Assembly (NCBI GenBank): GCA_021731695.1
Contig: JAKFWZ010000080.1
Coordinates: 34,021 to 98,020, forward strand
DNA length: 64,000 nucleotides
Source: Candidatus Daviesbacteria bacterium
GTDB taxonomy: Bacteria > Patescibacteriota > Microgenomatia > Daviesbacterales > UBA10151
Reading direction: 5' to 3'
The position numbers and the translations under genes were made by a program. The notes beneath the pieces are model-generated. The model searched no databases. It had not been told where the DNA came from and was given only the letters and a program-made list of their open reading frames with translations. Below are positions 9,874 through 19,099 of the stretch, piece by piece; position 1 is the first letter of the stretch, and every line of letters begins with the position of its first letter.

Positions 9874-9987
9874 TATGACTAGTGTAATTTACATTGAAGT
9901 TGATAAAGTGTCAATATGCGAGATAAGAGATACGTAAAACGAGATACGCTAACTCAAAGATGAATAGAATTTCCAAATAATTTTCCT

Positions 9988-10159
9988 TCCACTTTTGACG
10001 CAAAAGTGGAGCAAAACATACTCGCTGGAAAGTCGACCTAATTTTATTCAGTCGCTAATCGGGGAACCTTACCCCTTCGGCTTTTTTGCTAATCACAAAA
10101 AACCGAAATCCCCTGATAGCTCCTTCATAAAATCTTCACGGTCTTTGTTTCTAAGCTCG
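9988..10159 (-). repeat. structured repeat, copy B
   Basis: reverse complement of the copy A/D layout. Confidence 0.85.
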
Positions 10160-10200
10160 TCTTTAAAAGGCTTTGATTTATTTGAACACAAAAATAAATT

Positions 10201-10429
10201 GCGAGCATGAACGCAGCACCGTTGCTTTGCGAAGCAAAGGGCGTATTAGAATTCTTGAGTGAGCTGTCAGGGAGTGTCGGCTTCAGTTTACTGAAGACCG
10301 AAGTGGGCTCTGCACGAAGTGCGAGCGGGAGTCTAAATGACTCCCCGGAATGTCCCGACAAGTGAACGAAAGAATTTAGGCGACCGTTCCTGTCTCGCAG
10401 AGTTTTGCTTCTTTTGCGGTCAAAAGAAG
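10201..10429 (+). repeat. structured repeat, copy C
   Basis: longer variant ending cttcttttg-cggt-caaaagaag. Confidence 0.8.
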
Positions 10430-10466
10430 AAAGAAAGAATTTTGTGATCAAAGTAACAAGTAAGAA

Positions 10467-12122
10467 TTAACTATTAAAAATTTCTGAAGCTATTTTTATA
10501 ATTTCATCATCAGCTGCAACTTCCACATTCGCCACTTCCTCAATCCCAACCAATCTTTTGCCCAACCTTGTTGAAACTTTCACAGGCTTTCCTAAGACTT
10601 CAGCTAAAATTGACTCAAGTAAATTTCTTGATTTAGGCGCCTCCAGAATCCTTTGATGAAATGAATAGGGAACTTCGAGAATAACATTCGAACCATCACA
10701 ATTTACAACTTTTGTTTGTTTTAAAAGAGCCTCAAGCGAATAATTATAAGGCTTAATTGTTTCCAATATATAGGTCCATTTATCACTGATTACAATTACA
10801 TCGTCAGTCGACTGCATATCATCAACTGAAGGAATTGGCTCGGATTTGGACGATGGAGGATTGATGATAGAAAATGGGTTTTTGGGAATAGAAGGCTGAG
10901 AATAGACTTCTTTTTCTATTCTTCCAACTTCTACCTTCAAAACACTATCTTCCATCCTACTATATTCGACCTTCGGTTGTTCCTTTGATATGCTTTTCAC
11001 AACCGCAACTTCCAGAGGTAAAACTGCAAGAGTTGTGTACTTAAGTTGTTCTAAAACAGCCTGGAAATTTTCAATGTATGAAACAATTTGTCCGATCTCA
11101 GATTTATCCGCAAAACCCTTAACTTCTTCCCACTTTGCAGTTCCAAGTTCAGATTTAATTGGTTCAACAACTCCATTTTTAGTAAGCATCACAGACCTTA
11201 AAGTCTTCAAAACCAGGTTCGTGAATTCCTTTATATTCGCACCCTTTTCGCTCAAGCTATTAATCAATACTAAGCATTCAGTAGATTTTTTTTGCTGAAT
11301 TAAATTAAGTAAGTTCATAATCTCAGAAAAATCATTTGCTTTAAGCAATGCGCGAACTTCTTCCGGAGTTTTAACGCCTGATGAAGCTATCTGATCAAGA
11401 TTTTTAACAGCATCCCTGAAACTGCCTTCACTTCTTTCGGATATTAAGCTTAAGATTTCATCATTCAATTCCAATTTTTCTTTTTCTGCAATATCTTTAA
11501 GCACTGATTTAATTTGATCACCGGAAGCTAAATTGAAATCAAATCTTTGCACACGGGATAAAATTGTCTGAGGGATTTTTCGATCCTCAGTTGTGGCTAA
11601 AATAAACAAAACGTGTGCAGGCGGTTCTTCTAAAGTTTTCAGAAGCGCATTGAATGCTTCAGGAGTAAGCATATGAACTTCATCGATAATATAAACTTTC
11701 ATCCTCGCTGAGCTCGGAGAAAGTTTGATCTTTTCGCGCAAGTCACGGATATCATCAATTCCCCGGTTTGAAGCGGCATCAATTTCGATCAAGTCCATGT
11801 TAGAACCGTCGGTTATTGAGATGCAGGCTGAGCATTTATTGCAGGGAATCTTTAAGTCGCTAGAATCTAGAGTCGAGAGTCTAGGGGTTTCCTTTTTTTC
11901 ACTAGATTCTAGACTCTGGCGACTAGACTCCTGCGCTTCACAATTTACAAGCTTTGCCAGAATCCGGGCTGTTGAAGTTTTTCCTGATCCTCTTGGGCCG
12001 ACAAATAAGTATGCATGTCCTAATTTTCCCAGGCTAAATGCATTTAAAAGAGTTTTTTTAACATGATCCTGCCCGATAAGTTGTTCAAAATTTTGAGGTC
12101 GGTACTTGCGATAAAAAACCAT
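10467..12122 (-). CDS. dnaX: DNA polymerase III subunit gamma/tau with two in-frame repeat inserts
   Basis: YRKYRPQ, GPRGSGKTS, EIDAASNRG, IIDEVHML; start moved to ATG at 12122 because the extension is repeat sequence. Confidence 0.97.
   Translation of the reverse strand: MVFYRKYRPQNFEQLIGQDHVKKTLLNAFSLGKLGHAYLFVGPRGSGKTSTARILAKLVNCEAQESSRQSLESSEKKETPRLSTLDSSDLKIPCNKCSACISITDGSNMDLIEIDAASNRGIDDIRDLREKIKLSPSSARMKVYIIDEVHMLTPEAFNALLKTLEEPPAHVLFILATTEDRKIPQTILSRVQRFDFNLASGDQIKSVLKDIAEKEKLELNDEILSLISERSEGSFRDAVKNLDQIASSGVKTPEEVRALLKANDFSEIMNLLNLIQQKKSTECLVLINSLSEKGANIKEFTNLVLKTLRSVMLTKNGVVEPIKSELGTAKWEEVKGFADKSEIGQIVSYIENFQAVLEQLKYTTLAVLPLEVAVVKSISKEQPKVEYSRMEDSVLKVEVGRIEKEVYSQPSIPKNPFSIINPPSSKSEPIPSVDDMQSTDDVIVISDKWTYILETIKPYNYSLEALLKQTKVVNCDGSNVILEVPYSFHQRILEAPKSRNLLESILAEVLGKPVKVSTRLGKRLVGIEEVANVEVAADDEIIKIASEIFNS
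10849..10974. repeat. GATAGAA/TTCTATC-type inverted array, in frame in dnaX
   Basis: homologous to the topA insert at 31508-31634. Confidence 0.75.
11855..11930. repeat. AGAGTCT/AGACTCT inverted heptamer array in the dnaX zinc module
   Basis: agtcgctagaatctagagtc...ctagattctagactctggcgact. Confidence 0.8.
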
Positions 12123-12130
12123 AAGTTGGA

Positions 12131-12227
12131 AATAAAACCAATTCCCAATATAACAAATAAAACCAATTCCCAATAATCGTTTTCATTGGGCATTTGGCAT
12201 TGGTTTATTGGATTTATTGGTTTATTA
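12131..12227. repeat. AATAAACC/GGTTTATT inverted-array element
   Basis: ccaattcccaat...attgggcatttggcattgg core. Confidence 0.85.
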
Positions 12228-12238
12228 AGTTAAAGAGA

Positions 12239-12655
12239 TTAGTCATGATGGATGCCTAGGAGATGACGGGTTCCGTGTTCAACCAAAAACCTTAATTCCT
12301 CTTCAATTGAAACTCCTTCGATCGCTGCATCTTTGATGATTTGAGGATATGAAATCAAAATATCTCCAAGCCTTAAAACTTTATCCGGCGCTTTTACGAA
12401 TCCTACTTTTGGAATATGTTGAAGGCTTGATGTTGTTGAAGGATCTTCGAGCGGAAAAGATAAAATATTTGTGGTTGCATCCTGACCGCGGAATTTTTTA
12501 TTGATCTCATGCATTTTGCGGTCGCCAACAACTGCGACACCTATTTCTAGATTTCCATGAACATGATGCTGTTTTAAAATCTCTAAAACTGTTGCCTGAA
12601 TTCCTAATTTATTAACCGGATACTTTGGATCTGAATTAACGACGATATTAATCAT
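12239..12655 (-). CDS. ybeY: rRNA maturation RNase YbeY
   Basis: N..FRG.D..T.ILSF, LGDI.IS, HG..HLLG.HH. Confidence 0.9.
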   Translation of the reverse strand: MINIVVNSDPKYPVNKLGIQATVLEILKQHHVHGNLEIGVAVVGDRKMHEINKKFRGQDATTNILSFPLEDPSTTSSLQHIPKVGFVKAPDKVLRLGDILISYPQIIKDAAIEGVSIEEELRFLVEHGTRHLLGIHHD

Positions 12656-12664
12656 ATATAAAAG

Positions 12665-12744
12665 CGTCATTGCGAGGAGTGAAACGACGTGGCAATCTTG
12701 ATTAAATCAGGATTCCTACGCGCATTTCATGCGCTCTGAATGAC
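12665..12744. repeat. CGTC-family element (hybrid arms)
   Basis: cgtcattgcgagg..ggcaatc / ggattcctacgcgc..gcgctctgaatgac. Confidence 0.85.
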
Positions 12745-12750
12745 AAAACA

Positions 12751-13194
12751 CTAACTCTGTAACTTCCCCCTTACCATTGAACTAACCCTTGCGCCTTCAA
12801 CACGTTGACCGGCCTTCTCCATTACTAAACCTATTACCTTACCCATATCTGCCAAAGACGCAGCCCCTGTCTCAGTTATAGACTCCTCAACAATTTTAGT
12901 CAACTCCTCATCTGAGATCTGTTCTGGCAAGTAAGTTTCCAAGATCTTAAGTTCAGCCTCTTCTTTCGAAGCGAGTTCAGGCCTGTTACCCTTTGTAAAG
13001 CTTTCAATTGACTCTTTCCGTTTTTTAGCTTCTTTTTGAATAGCAGAAATTACATCTTCATCAGACAAATTTTCTGTTTGTTTAGCAACCTTCGCGTAAG
13101 TGAGTTCGGATATCAAAAGTCGCAAGGTCGCAACTTTAACTTCATCTTTTGCAAGTTGAGCCTGTTTTAAATCTTCGCGTAATTTATTTTCCAT
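12751..13194 (-). CDS. GatB/YqeY domain protein
   Basis: K.RKESIE.F..GNR.ELA.KE..E..IL..YLP.Q, DMGKV. Confidence 0.92.
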   Translation of the reverse strand: MENKLREDLKQAQLAKDEVKVATLRLLISELTYAKVAKQTENLSDEDVISAIQKEAKKRKESIESFTKGNRPELASKEEAELKILETYLPEQISDEELTKIVEESITETGAASLADMGKVIGLVMEKAGQRVEGARVSSMVRGKLQS

Positions 13195-13202
13195 TTTATA
13201 AG

Positions 13203-13308
13203 CGTCATTGCGAGGAACGACCTGCCTACCGTCAGGCAGGAGTGACGTGGCAATCTTGATTAAAGCAAAATCAGGATTCCTACGCGCACTCTGTGCGCTC
13301 TGAATGAC
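13203..13308. repeat. CGTC-family element containing a nested 20-bp CCTGCC..GGCAGG palindrome
   Basis: insert cctgcctaccgtcaggcagg at 13221-13240. Confidence 0.85.
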
Positions 13309-13313
13309 AAACC

Positions 13314-13517
13314 TTAAGCATTAGCTAAACGTTTTGCTCTCCTGATTTTTCGGTCTCTTTCAGCAAGCTTTTCTTTTCTTTTCTCTGAGTTCTTTTTATG
13401 GAACATCATATCGCGGTATTCCTGAACAACTTTATCCATAACAACCCTTTTTTGGAATTTACGGATTACAGCGTCAGAATTATCATTTGGTCCGGCTTTT
13501 ACTATAATTGATGACAT
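13314..13517 (-). CDS. rpsU: 30S ribosomal protein S21
   Basis: basic 67-aa protein, IRKFQKRV, next to yqeY. Confidence 0.85.
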   Translation of the reverse strand: MSSIIVKAGPNDNSDAVIRKFQKRVVMDKVVQEYRDMMFHKKNSEKRKEKLAERDRKIRRAKRLANA

Positions 13518-13523
13518 TTGGTT

Positions 13524-13606
13524 GGGTTATGAGTAATGAGTTCGGAGTTATGAGAATTAAACTCATAACAAATAACTCAAGCAGCTTTGCTGCGTACTCA
13601 TAACTT
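13524..13606. repeat. GTTATGA/TCATAAC inverted heptamer array in the rpsU 5' region
   Basis: gggttatgagta...tactcataactt. Confidence 0.8.
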
Positions 13607-13690
13607 AAATAACACCTCCTTTAAGACTAGTTATTATATTACATTTAAAGACCGACCGCAATTTAGGGAAAATATATAGAAGTAGATCAA

Positions 13691-14200
13691 TTAATAGGCC
13701 GGTTTTTCTGTTGACAATCTGGATGCAACTCTGAAGACTCTTTGTAGTTTATCTCTATCAACTCCATAACTAGCGAATTGATTCAAAATCGGATTTTGCT
13801 CTTGATTAACTAAAAGACCAAGCATTAAATGACTAGTATTAAAAAACGCTACACCCGCGCGAGCTCTCCGGGCTATTTGTATTCCGTTTCTGACCGCACC
13901 TTTTGCTCTGGCAGTAAAAGGAACTCCATCGATTTGTTCCCAATCGCCTTCATTAATCGGTTTATGCACAATAACAGAATCTAAGCTTAGTCTCATTTTA
14001 TCTGGATCAATACCTAAGCCCACAACCAATGCTCGCACATTCGCGTTATTGTCCAAAGCAGCTCGTGCGATATCAACTGTAGTAACGGGTTTTCCCGTAT
14101 CTCTTAATCTGGCAATTTCGGCTGTAGTATCCAATACACGAATTACTTCGAAAGTTGGTGCTTTACTGTAAGCTCGAGAAAAATGCTCTAAGGTAATCAT
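13691..14200 (-). CDS. Clp protease N-terminal (repeat) domain protein
   Basis: PFTARAK.....A...A......T.HL.LGLL. Confidence 0.65.
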   Translation of the reverse strand: MITLEHFSRAYSKAPTFEVIRVLDTTAEIARLRDTGKPVTTVDIARAALDNNANVRALVVGLGIDPDKMRLSLDSVIVHKPINEGDWEQIDGVPFTARAKGAVRNGIQIARRARAGVAFFNTSHLMLGLLVNQEQNPILNQFASYGVDRDKLQRVFRVASRLSTEKPAY

Positions 14201-14237
14201 GGTGGATATTATCTAATATTTAATACTATAAGTCAAA

Positions 14238-15287
14238 TTACTTAACTATAGTTTTGAGGAGATTTAGAGTCTTTGTTTGTCTTAATGCATGTCTTAAATG
14301 CATCTGTGGTTCTTGCTGGGTAAATTGCTGCTTTACTTTATTATCTTGAATTTTATCAATCTCAGCTTGTAACTCAGCATCATTTATATTCACATTCTCC
14401 TGTCGCGCAACTTCAGATAATCCAAGCTCCATGCGCACATTTCTCTCAGCCTGCGGCCTCCATTCAGCTTTTAACTGATCAATCGTTTTTTTCTGTCCTT
14501 TTAAATATTCCTCCATTAAGAGTCCGCGGTCTGAAACATTTCTTTGTAAAGATAAAAGCATTCGGGCAAGCTCATCTGCAACTAAAACTTCTGGAATATC
14601 TACCTGAGTTATTTTTTCAACTTCCTGCAAAATCGATTCTTCGTAATCCAGTTCATTATTATATTTTGCGTCAGCTTCTAAATCTGCCTGTATTTTTGTG
14701 CGCAGTTCTGAAAGAGATCCAACCCCCATTTGTTTTGCGAATTCATCATTCGGAACTGCAGTTTGCGGCACTTGCGGCATTGCCGGATTTGCAGGATTTC
14801 CCGCAGTATTACCGGGCTGAACCGGCTGTCTTAATTTCCATCTGTTAAAAAGATCAGCTACAACTTTATTAACATCATCTTCAGTTGCTGTTTTTATTTG
14901 AGGTCTTTTTGCATTTAGGATTTTATAATTTCCAACTTTAACTTCCGGCTTAACAGTAACTCTGGCATTAAATTTTAATTCTCCACCCTGTGCAAAAGCG
15001 GTTACATTATATTGAGGATAATCGATTGGAACATATGTTGATCCCTGAAGAGCCTGGATTAACGCAGCAGGCATAATCTGCTTTAGAGCTTCCTGCTGAA
15101 CCTGAGGCAATATTCTTGGTCCAACAATATTTGCCGGTGCCTGACCTTTTCTAAATCCTGGAATTTCAACTTCTGAAGCTAAATGATTGTAAACCTCATC
15201 CCATTTAGGCTGTAAATCCGCCCATTGCAAAGTAATCTGGATATCAATCTGGGATTTAGGTAATTTAACAATATTCTTAGTTAGCAT
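14238..15287 (-). CDS. tig: trigger factor (apparently lacking the PPIase domain)
   Basis: IPGFRKGQAP ribosome-binding motif, C-terminal domain. Confidence 0.9.
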   Translation of the reverse strand: MLTKNIVKLPKSQIDIQITLQWADLQPKWDEVYNHLASEVEIPGFRKGQAPANIVGPRILPQVQQEALKQIMPAALIQALQGSTYVPIDYPQYNVTAFAQGGELKFNARVTVKPEVKVGNYKILNAKRPQIKTATEDDVNKVVADLFNRWKLRQPVQPGNTAGNPANPAMPQVPQTAVPNDEFAKQMGVGSLSELRTKIQADLEADAKYNNELDYEESILQEVEKITQVDIPEVLVADELARMLLSLQRNVSDRGLLMEEYLKGQKKTIDQLKAEWRPQAERNVRMELGLSEVARQENVNINDAELQAEIDKIQDNKVKQQFTQQEPQMHLRHALRQTKTLNLLKTIVK

Positions 15288-15339
15288 ATATTTTTATCGG
15301 GCAATGGGTAAGGATACCAAATTTGAGCGTGTAAATCAA

Positions 15340-15636
15340 TTAATCAGATCGCGGGGGACGGTTGGCATCACGCCGCTTTTCAAATCTTATTATTGATTCA
15401 ATATTTTGCCATAAGAATGGAGAAGGTGTCATAGGAGGAATACCGCTTAAGAGTGCTTTCATTAAAGGGAATTCAATAACTGAACCTCTTTCTTCGCAAG
15501 ACCATTTTCTTTCAACCGGTTTAGCAGATCGCCTGACTTCTCCCATCGTCCAAATTTTTGTAGAGCCACAAGACCCTTTTAACATCCTTTCCCGATATCC
15601 TTCACCCTCACCTTCCAAAAATTTTATTATAGCCAT
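15340..15636 (-). CDS. hypothetical protein
   Basis: 98-aa ORF overlapping the proS stop by 1 nt. Confidence 0.5.
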   Translation of the reverse strand: MAIIKFLEGEGEGYRERMLKGSCGSTKIWTMGEVRRSAKPVERKWSCEERGSVIEFPLMKALLSGIPPMTPSPFLWQNIESIIRFEKRRDANRPPRSD

Positions 15637-16862
15637 TATTTTATTTTAGCCAGGAGAGTTTTTAAACTCATGAACTCAGTTTCTTTTTCATTTCTTTTTT
15701 TAACTTCAATCTTCTCCCCTGTTTTTTTGGAGACAACAATACGAGTTGGAATTCCGATTAAATCTGCATCTGCGAATTTTTCTCCAGCGCGGGCGTCGCG
15801 ATCATCATATAAAACTTCTATTCCTGCAGCCTGTAACTGATTATAAACATCCTCAACTTTGGCCTTAATTTCTTTATCCTCGAGATCTAAGCCAACTAAA
15901 TGAACTTGATATGGCGCCACCGTTTCAGGCCAAATAATCCCCTTTTCATCATTAAACACTTCAACAATCGTACCCATAACTCGTGAGATTCCTAAACCAT
16001 AACAGCCTGCAGAAACAATTTGTTCTTCGCCTTTTTCATCCTGAAAAGTTAATTTAAAAGTTTCGGCAAAGGCAGATTTTAAAGGGAAAATATTTGCAAC
16101 TTCAATTGCTTTTTCCTCATCCACTTCCCCTCCGCATTCAGGGCATTTTCCGGAATTGTCGTAGATTTCAGTATTTATTGCATGAGAGCATTTTTTGCAG
16201 ATATAAACTATATCTTCCCCGCTAGGAGTCAGCGTCTGGAATTCTTGGGAAATATCTGAGAATGTTCCACCTCCAGCTTTAGTTTCTACTACAGGGAGTC
16301 CGATTCTCTTAAAAATTTTCAAGTATGCTTCGCGGACTTTTTCATAATATTTATTTCTGTCTTCATCGCTAGTATGAAATGAATACAAATCCTTCATTAA
16401 AAACTCTCTTCCACGAAGCAATCCAGCTTTCGCTCTTAGTTCATTTCTGAATTTGATTTGAATCTGATATAGAGCGAGCGGCAAATCTCTATATGAAGAA
16501 ACGAATTCTGCAGCTAAAGGATAAATAATTTCCTCGTGCGTTGGACCTAAAACAAAATCAGAATCCTGCGCGCCTTTTAATTTAAATAAAACATCAAATG
16601 AATCAAATCTGCCTGTCTTTTTCCAGTTATCTCCAGGATGAAGCGCAGGCATAACAATTTCCTGTCCTCCTACTGCAGTCATTTCCTCCCTAACAATATC
16701 TGATATTTTATTCAAAACTCTCCAGCCTAAAGGCAAAAATGAATAAACTCCAGCCATCTCCTGATGAATAAAACCGGCTCTTGTTAAAAGCTGCGAGTTT
16801 ACAGACTCCGCACCTGCCGGCGATGCTTTTTGAGTTTTTGGAAATAATTTACTATATTTCAT
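15636..16862 (-). CDS. proS: proline--tRNA ligase (short form)
   Basis: LGPTHEE, SYRDLP..LYQIQ.KFRNE.R, REFLMKDLYSFH, GCYGLG.SR. Confidence 0.97.
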   Translation of the reverse strand: MKYSKLFPKTQKASPAGAESVNSQLLTRAGFIHQEMAGVYSFLPLGWRVLNKISDIVREEMTAVGGQEIVMPALHPGDNWKKTGRFDSFDVLFKLKGAQDSDFVLGPTHEEIIYPLAAEFVSSYRDLPLALYQIQIKFRNELRAKAGLLRGREFLMKDLYSFHTSDEDRNKYYEKVREAYLKIFKRIGLPVVETKAGGGTFSDISQEFQTLTPSGEDIVYICKKCSHAINTEIYDNSGKCPECGGEVDEEKAIEVANIFPLKSAFAETFKLTFQDEKGEEQIVSAGCYGLGISRVMGTIVEVFNDEKGIIWPETVAPYQVHLVGLDLEDKEIKAKVEDVYNQLQAAGIEVLYDDRDARAGEKFADADLIGIPTRIVVSKKTGEKIEVKKRNEKETEFMSLKTLLAKIK

Positions 16863-16930
16863 ATTTATTACTATTCAAGATTATATATCATTTGTTTGGG
16901 TAAGTACTTTTTAATTTAAAACCCAAACAT

Positions 16931-17488
16931 TTAGTTATTTTGTGCTCTTTCAATTAAAGCAACTAATCCGTGCTTAATTACCTCATTACCCAATTGCTTT
17001 CTAATTCCATAGTAATTATGTTTACTTCCATGATGCACATAATACCTTCTGCATAATCGTCTATCCCTTAAAATTGCCAAATCCACTAAAGATTTTAATG
17101 AGTCAGCTTCAGATCGTAATACTCCACTATAAAACGACCCATCTTCATAGGTAAAATCGCCAGCTAAGTATTTCACTGCAACTATTGAAGAACGTTGTCT
17201 TTCCTCTCTTCTTTCTTGTTGGTAAGCTGCTTGCATCTCCGATTCAGTTAAACCACTCCACATATAGTCATATAAAAAGTGCAGCCGTTTCCAATTAAAT
17301 TCTAATTTAACTTTTACTCTTCTATCCTGAGCTCTTTCTGCAGTACCATTCAGCCAATGATTCATAATCATTGCTAAATGATTTCTTTGTTGTGCCATAA
17401 CTTGTTCATAGGTTTGGTGCTCGTCTTTCCATCGTAGCGTCTGCAACATTCCCTTCTGTGTTTCCTGTTCATATAATCTATCTAACAT
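16931..17488 (-). CDS. hypothetical protein directly behind the T-box leader
   Basis: 185-aa ORF with strong AGGAGGTG ribosome site. Confidence 0.75.
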   Translation of the reverse strand: MLDRLYEQETQKGMLQTLRWKDEHQTYEQVMAQQRNHLAMIMNHWLNGTAERAQDRRVKVKLEFNWKRLHFLYDYMWSGLTESEMQAAYQQERREERQRSSIVAVKYLAGDFTYEDGSFYSGVLRSEADSLKSLVDLAILRDRRLCRRYYVHHGSKHNYYGIRKQLGNEVIKHGLVALIERAQNN

Positions 17489-17510
17489 ATTCTCACCTCC
17501 TTTCGGGCAT

Positions 17511-17812
17511 AAAAAAGCCCTTGCAAGCTCACTATTTATCTGGATTCCAGATCAAGTCTGGAATGACAATAGTAAACTCACAAGGGCCTTGAATAGGCGG
17601 TACCACCTTGTACTAATTATCTATGAATGCTAATCGCAATTCTTGCTTTTAGCAATAAAAAACCACCTCGCGGTGGAAGACTCAAAGATAATTCTCATTG
17701 AGCGCTCCGTTACCGACACGCTTTGCAGTACTTTTACGGTTAGCTCCCGTCATAGTTATTAGCTATGCAGCTTGTTTGGTAGGATGCCAAACTCAAATGC
17801 TTTTCTAAACTT
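17511..17812 (-). promoter_or_regulatory. T-box riboswitch leader (antiterminator/terminator)
   Basis: AAGG-TGGTACC-GCC..GGC-CCTT antiterminator overlapping terminator GCCCTTG..CAAGGGC-TTTTTT; upstream of proS. Confidence 0.8.
17540..17567. repeat. CGTC-family half element in the T-box terminator loop
   Basis: ctggattccagatcaagtctggaatgac. Confidence 0.85.
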
Positions 17813-17817
17813 AATAA

Positions 17818-17845
17818 ATTATAGCAAAATTAGCGGAAAAGTCAA
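17818..17845 (-). promoter_or_regulatory. sigma70 promoter for the T-box leader
   Basis: TTGACT-N16-TATAAT with extended TGn. Confidence 0.7.
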
Positions 17846-17848
17846 AAT

Positions 17849-19006
17849 TTAGTGCGGGAGTAATTTCGCGATGTCGGAAATTGAGATCAAAATAATTAAT
17901 GCAATCAGGAAAAATAATCCGAATGTATGAATATATCTTTCAACATTCGCATGAGTCTTCTTTCTGGTTACAGCTTCGATTGCTAAAAACAGGAAGCGTC
18001 CTCCGTCTAAACCGGGGAAAGGCAAAATGTTTACAATGGCAAGATTTAGCGAGAGAGCTGCAACAAAGTCTAAATATTTGAGGACAGGATTCTCTCCTCC
18101 CAAAATTTGATTCGCAACCGCAACGATACCTATTGGACCGGCTACGGCCTGACTAACAGGTTCTATATTTCTTTCTTTAACTGAAATATCGATCAGTTGT
18201 CCCAAAACAACTCCTGAGTATCCCAGTAAGTTATAACTATAAATTGGGCCGGCAAAAAATCTTTGTATTGGAGTGTCAAAACCTAAGTAAGCATCCCTAA
18301 CAAAGCCCAATGAAACCCCCAGAGCTCCTTGATCTTTAGGTGGATTTATACGAGGAATCATTGTTACTTTCCTGCTGTTATCTCCTTGTATGTCCGTTAC
18401 ATCAAGCGTAACAGGTGTTCCTGCACTTTTTTTAATATCGTCAATAAATTTCTGACTGTCGGCTATTTGCTGACCATTCAAGGTAATTAATCTGTCTCCG
18501 TCTTTTAAACCAGCCTGTGCTGCAGGAGAATCTGGCTGTATATTGCCTACAATGATGGCAGATTTAACAGTCTCATTAACTCCCACAAAATCATAATCAA
18601 AATAGAGAGGTAACTTTGTCTTAAATCCCTGAACTCCTAAAACGATATAAAACAATCCCCAGGCCAAAAGAAGATTCATTACAACACCGGCAACAACAAC
18701 TGAGATCCTTTGCCAGACTGGCTTTGCAGCGAAAGATCTTTTGTTATCTAAAACATTTTTATCAACCTCATCTTCACCTAAAAGACGCACAAATCCTCCT
18801 AAAGGCAACCAGTTTAAGCTCCAGATTGTTTCTCCGATTTTTTTACCCCAGGCTCTCGGTGGAATTCCGAAACCAAATTCTAAAACCTTGATATCGAATT
18901 TTTTGGCCGCGAAGAAATGACCGAATTCGTGAATAACAACGAGAACCAGAAGGGTGATGATGAAGACTATGATGACAAATACGAGGAAAAGGAAATCATT
19001 AAACAT
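17849..19006 (-). CDS. rseP: RseP-like M50 metalloprotease with PDZ domain
   Basis: HEFGH, NWLPLGGFV, NILPFPGLDGG. Confidence 0.95.
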   Translation of the reverse strand: MFNDFLFLVFVIIVFIITLLVLVVIHEFGHFFAAKKFDIKVLEFGFGIPPRAWGKKIGETIWSLNWLPLGGFVRLLGEDEVDKNVLDNKRSFAAKPVWQRISVVVAGVVMNLLLAWGLFYIVLGVQGFKTKLPLYFDYDFVGVNETVKSAIIVGNIQPDSPAAQAGLKDGDRLITLNGQQIADSQKFIDDIKKSAGTPVTLDVTDIQGDNSRKVTMIPRINPPKDQGALGVSLGFVRDAYLGFDTPIQRFFAGPIYSYNLLGYSGVVLGQLIDISVKERNIEPVSQAVAGPIGIVAVANQILGGENPVLKYLDFVAALSLNLAIVNILPFPGLDGGRFLFLAIEAVTRKKTHANVERYIHTFGLFFLIALIILISISDIAKLLPH

Positions 19007-19099
19007 GAATTAAGATTTTATAGGAAATTCATCAAAAAAGCGAGTATGTCTTCATTATCTAATCTAGACAAAACTATAGGATTATTATATAATACCCAC

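Noticed and set aside
9995-10451. ORFs 9995..10210, 10125..10451, 27220..27459, 27289..27555, 42518..42745
   Set aside because: Translations of the structured repeat; not conserved in frame between copies
12123-12173. N-terminal extensions in the ORF track (dnaX; likewise ybeY, mreC, fmt, pyrE, 18917, 53277, 60320)
   Set aside because: Extensions run through repeats or neighbouring genes; downstream ATGs fit the expected protein starts and promoter spacing better
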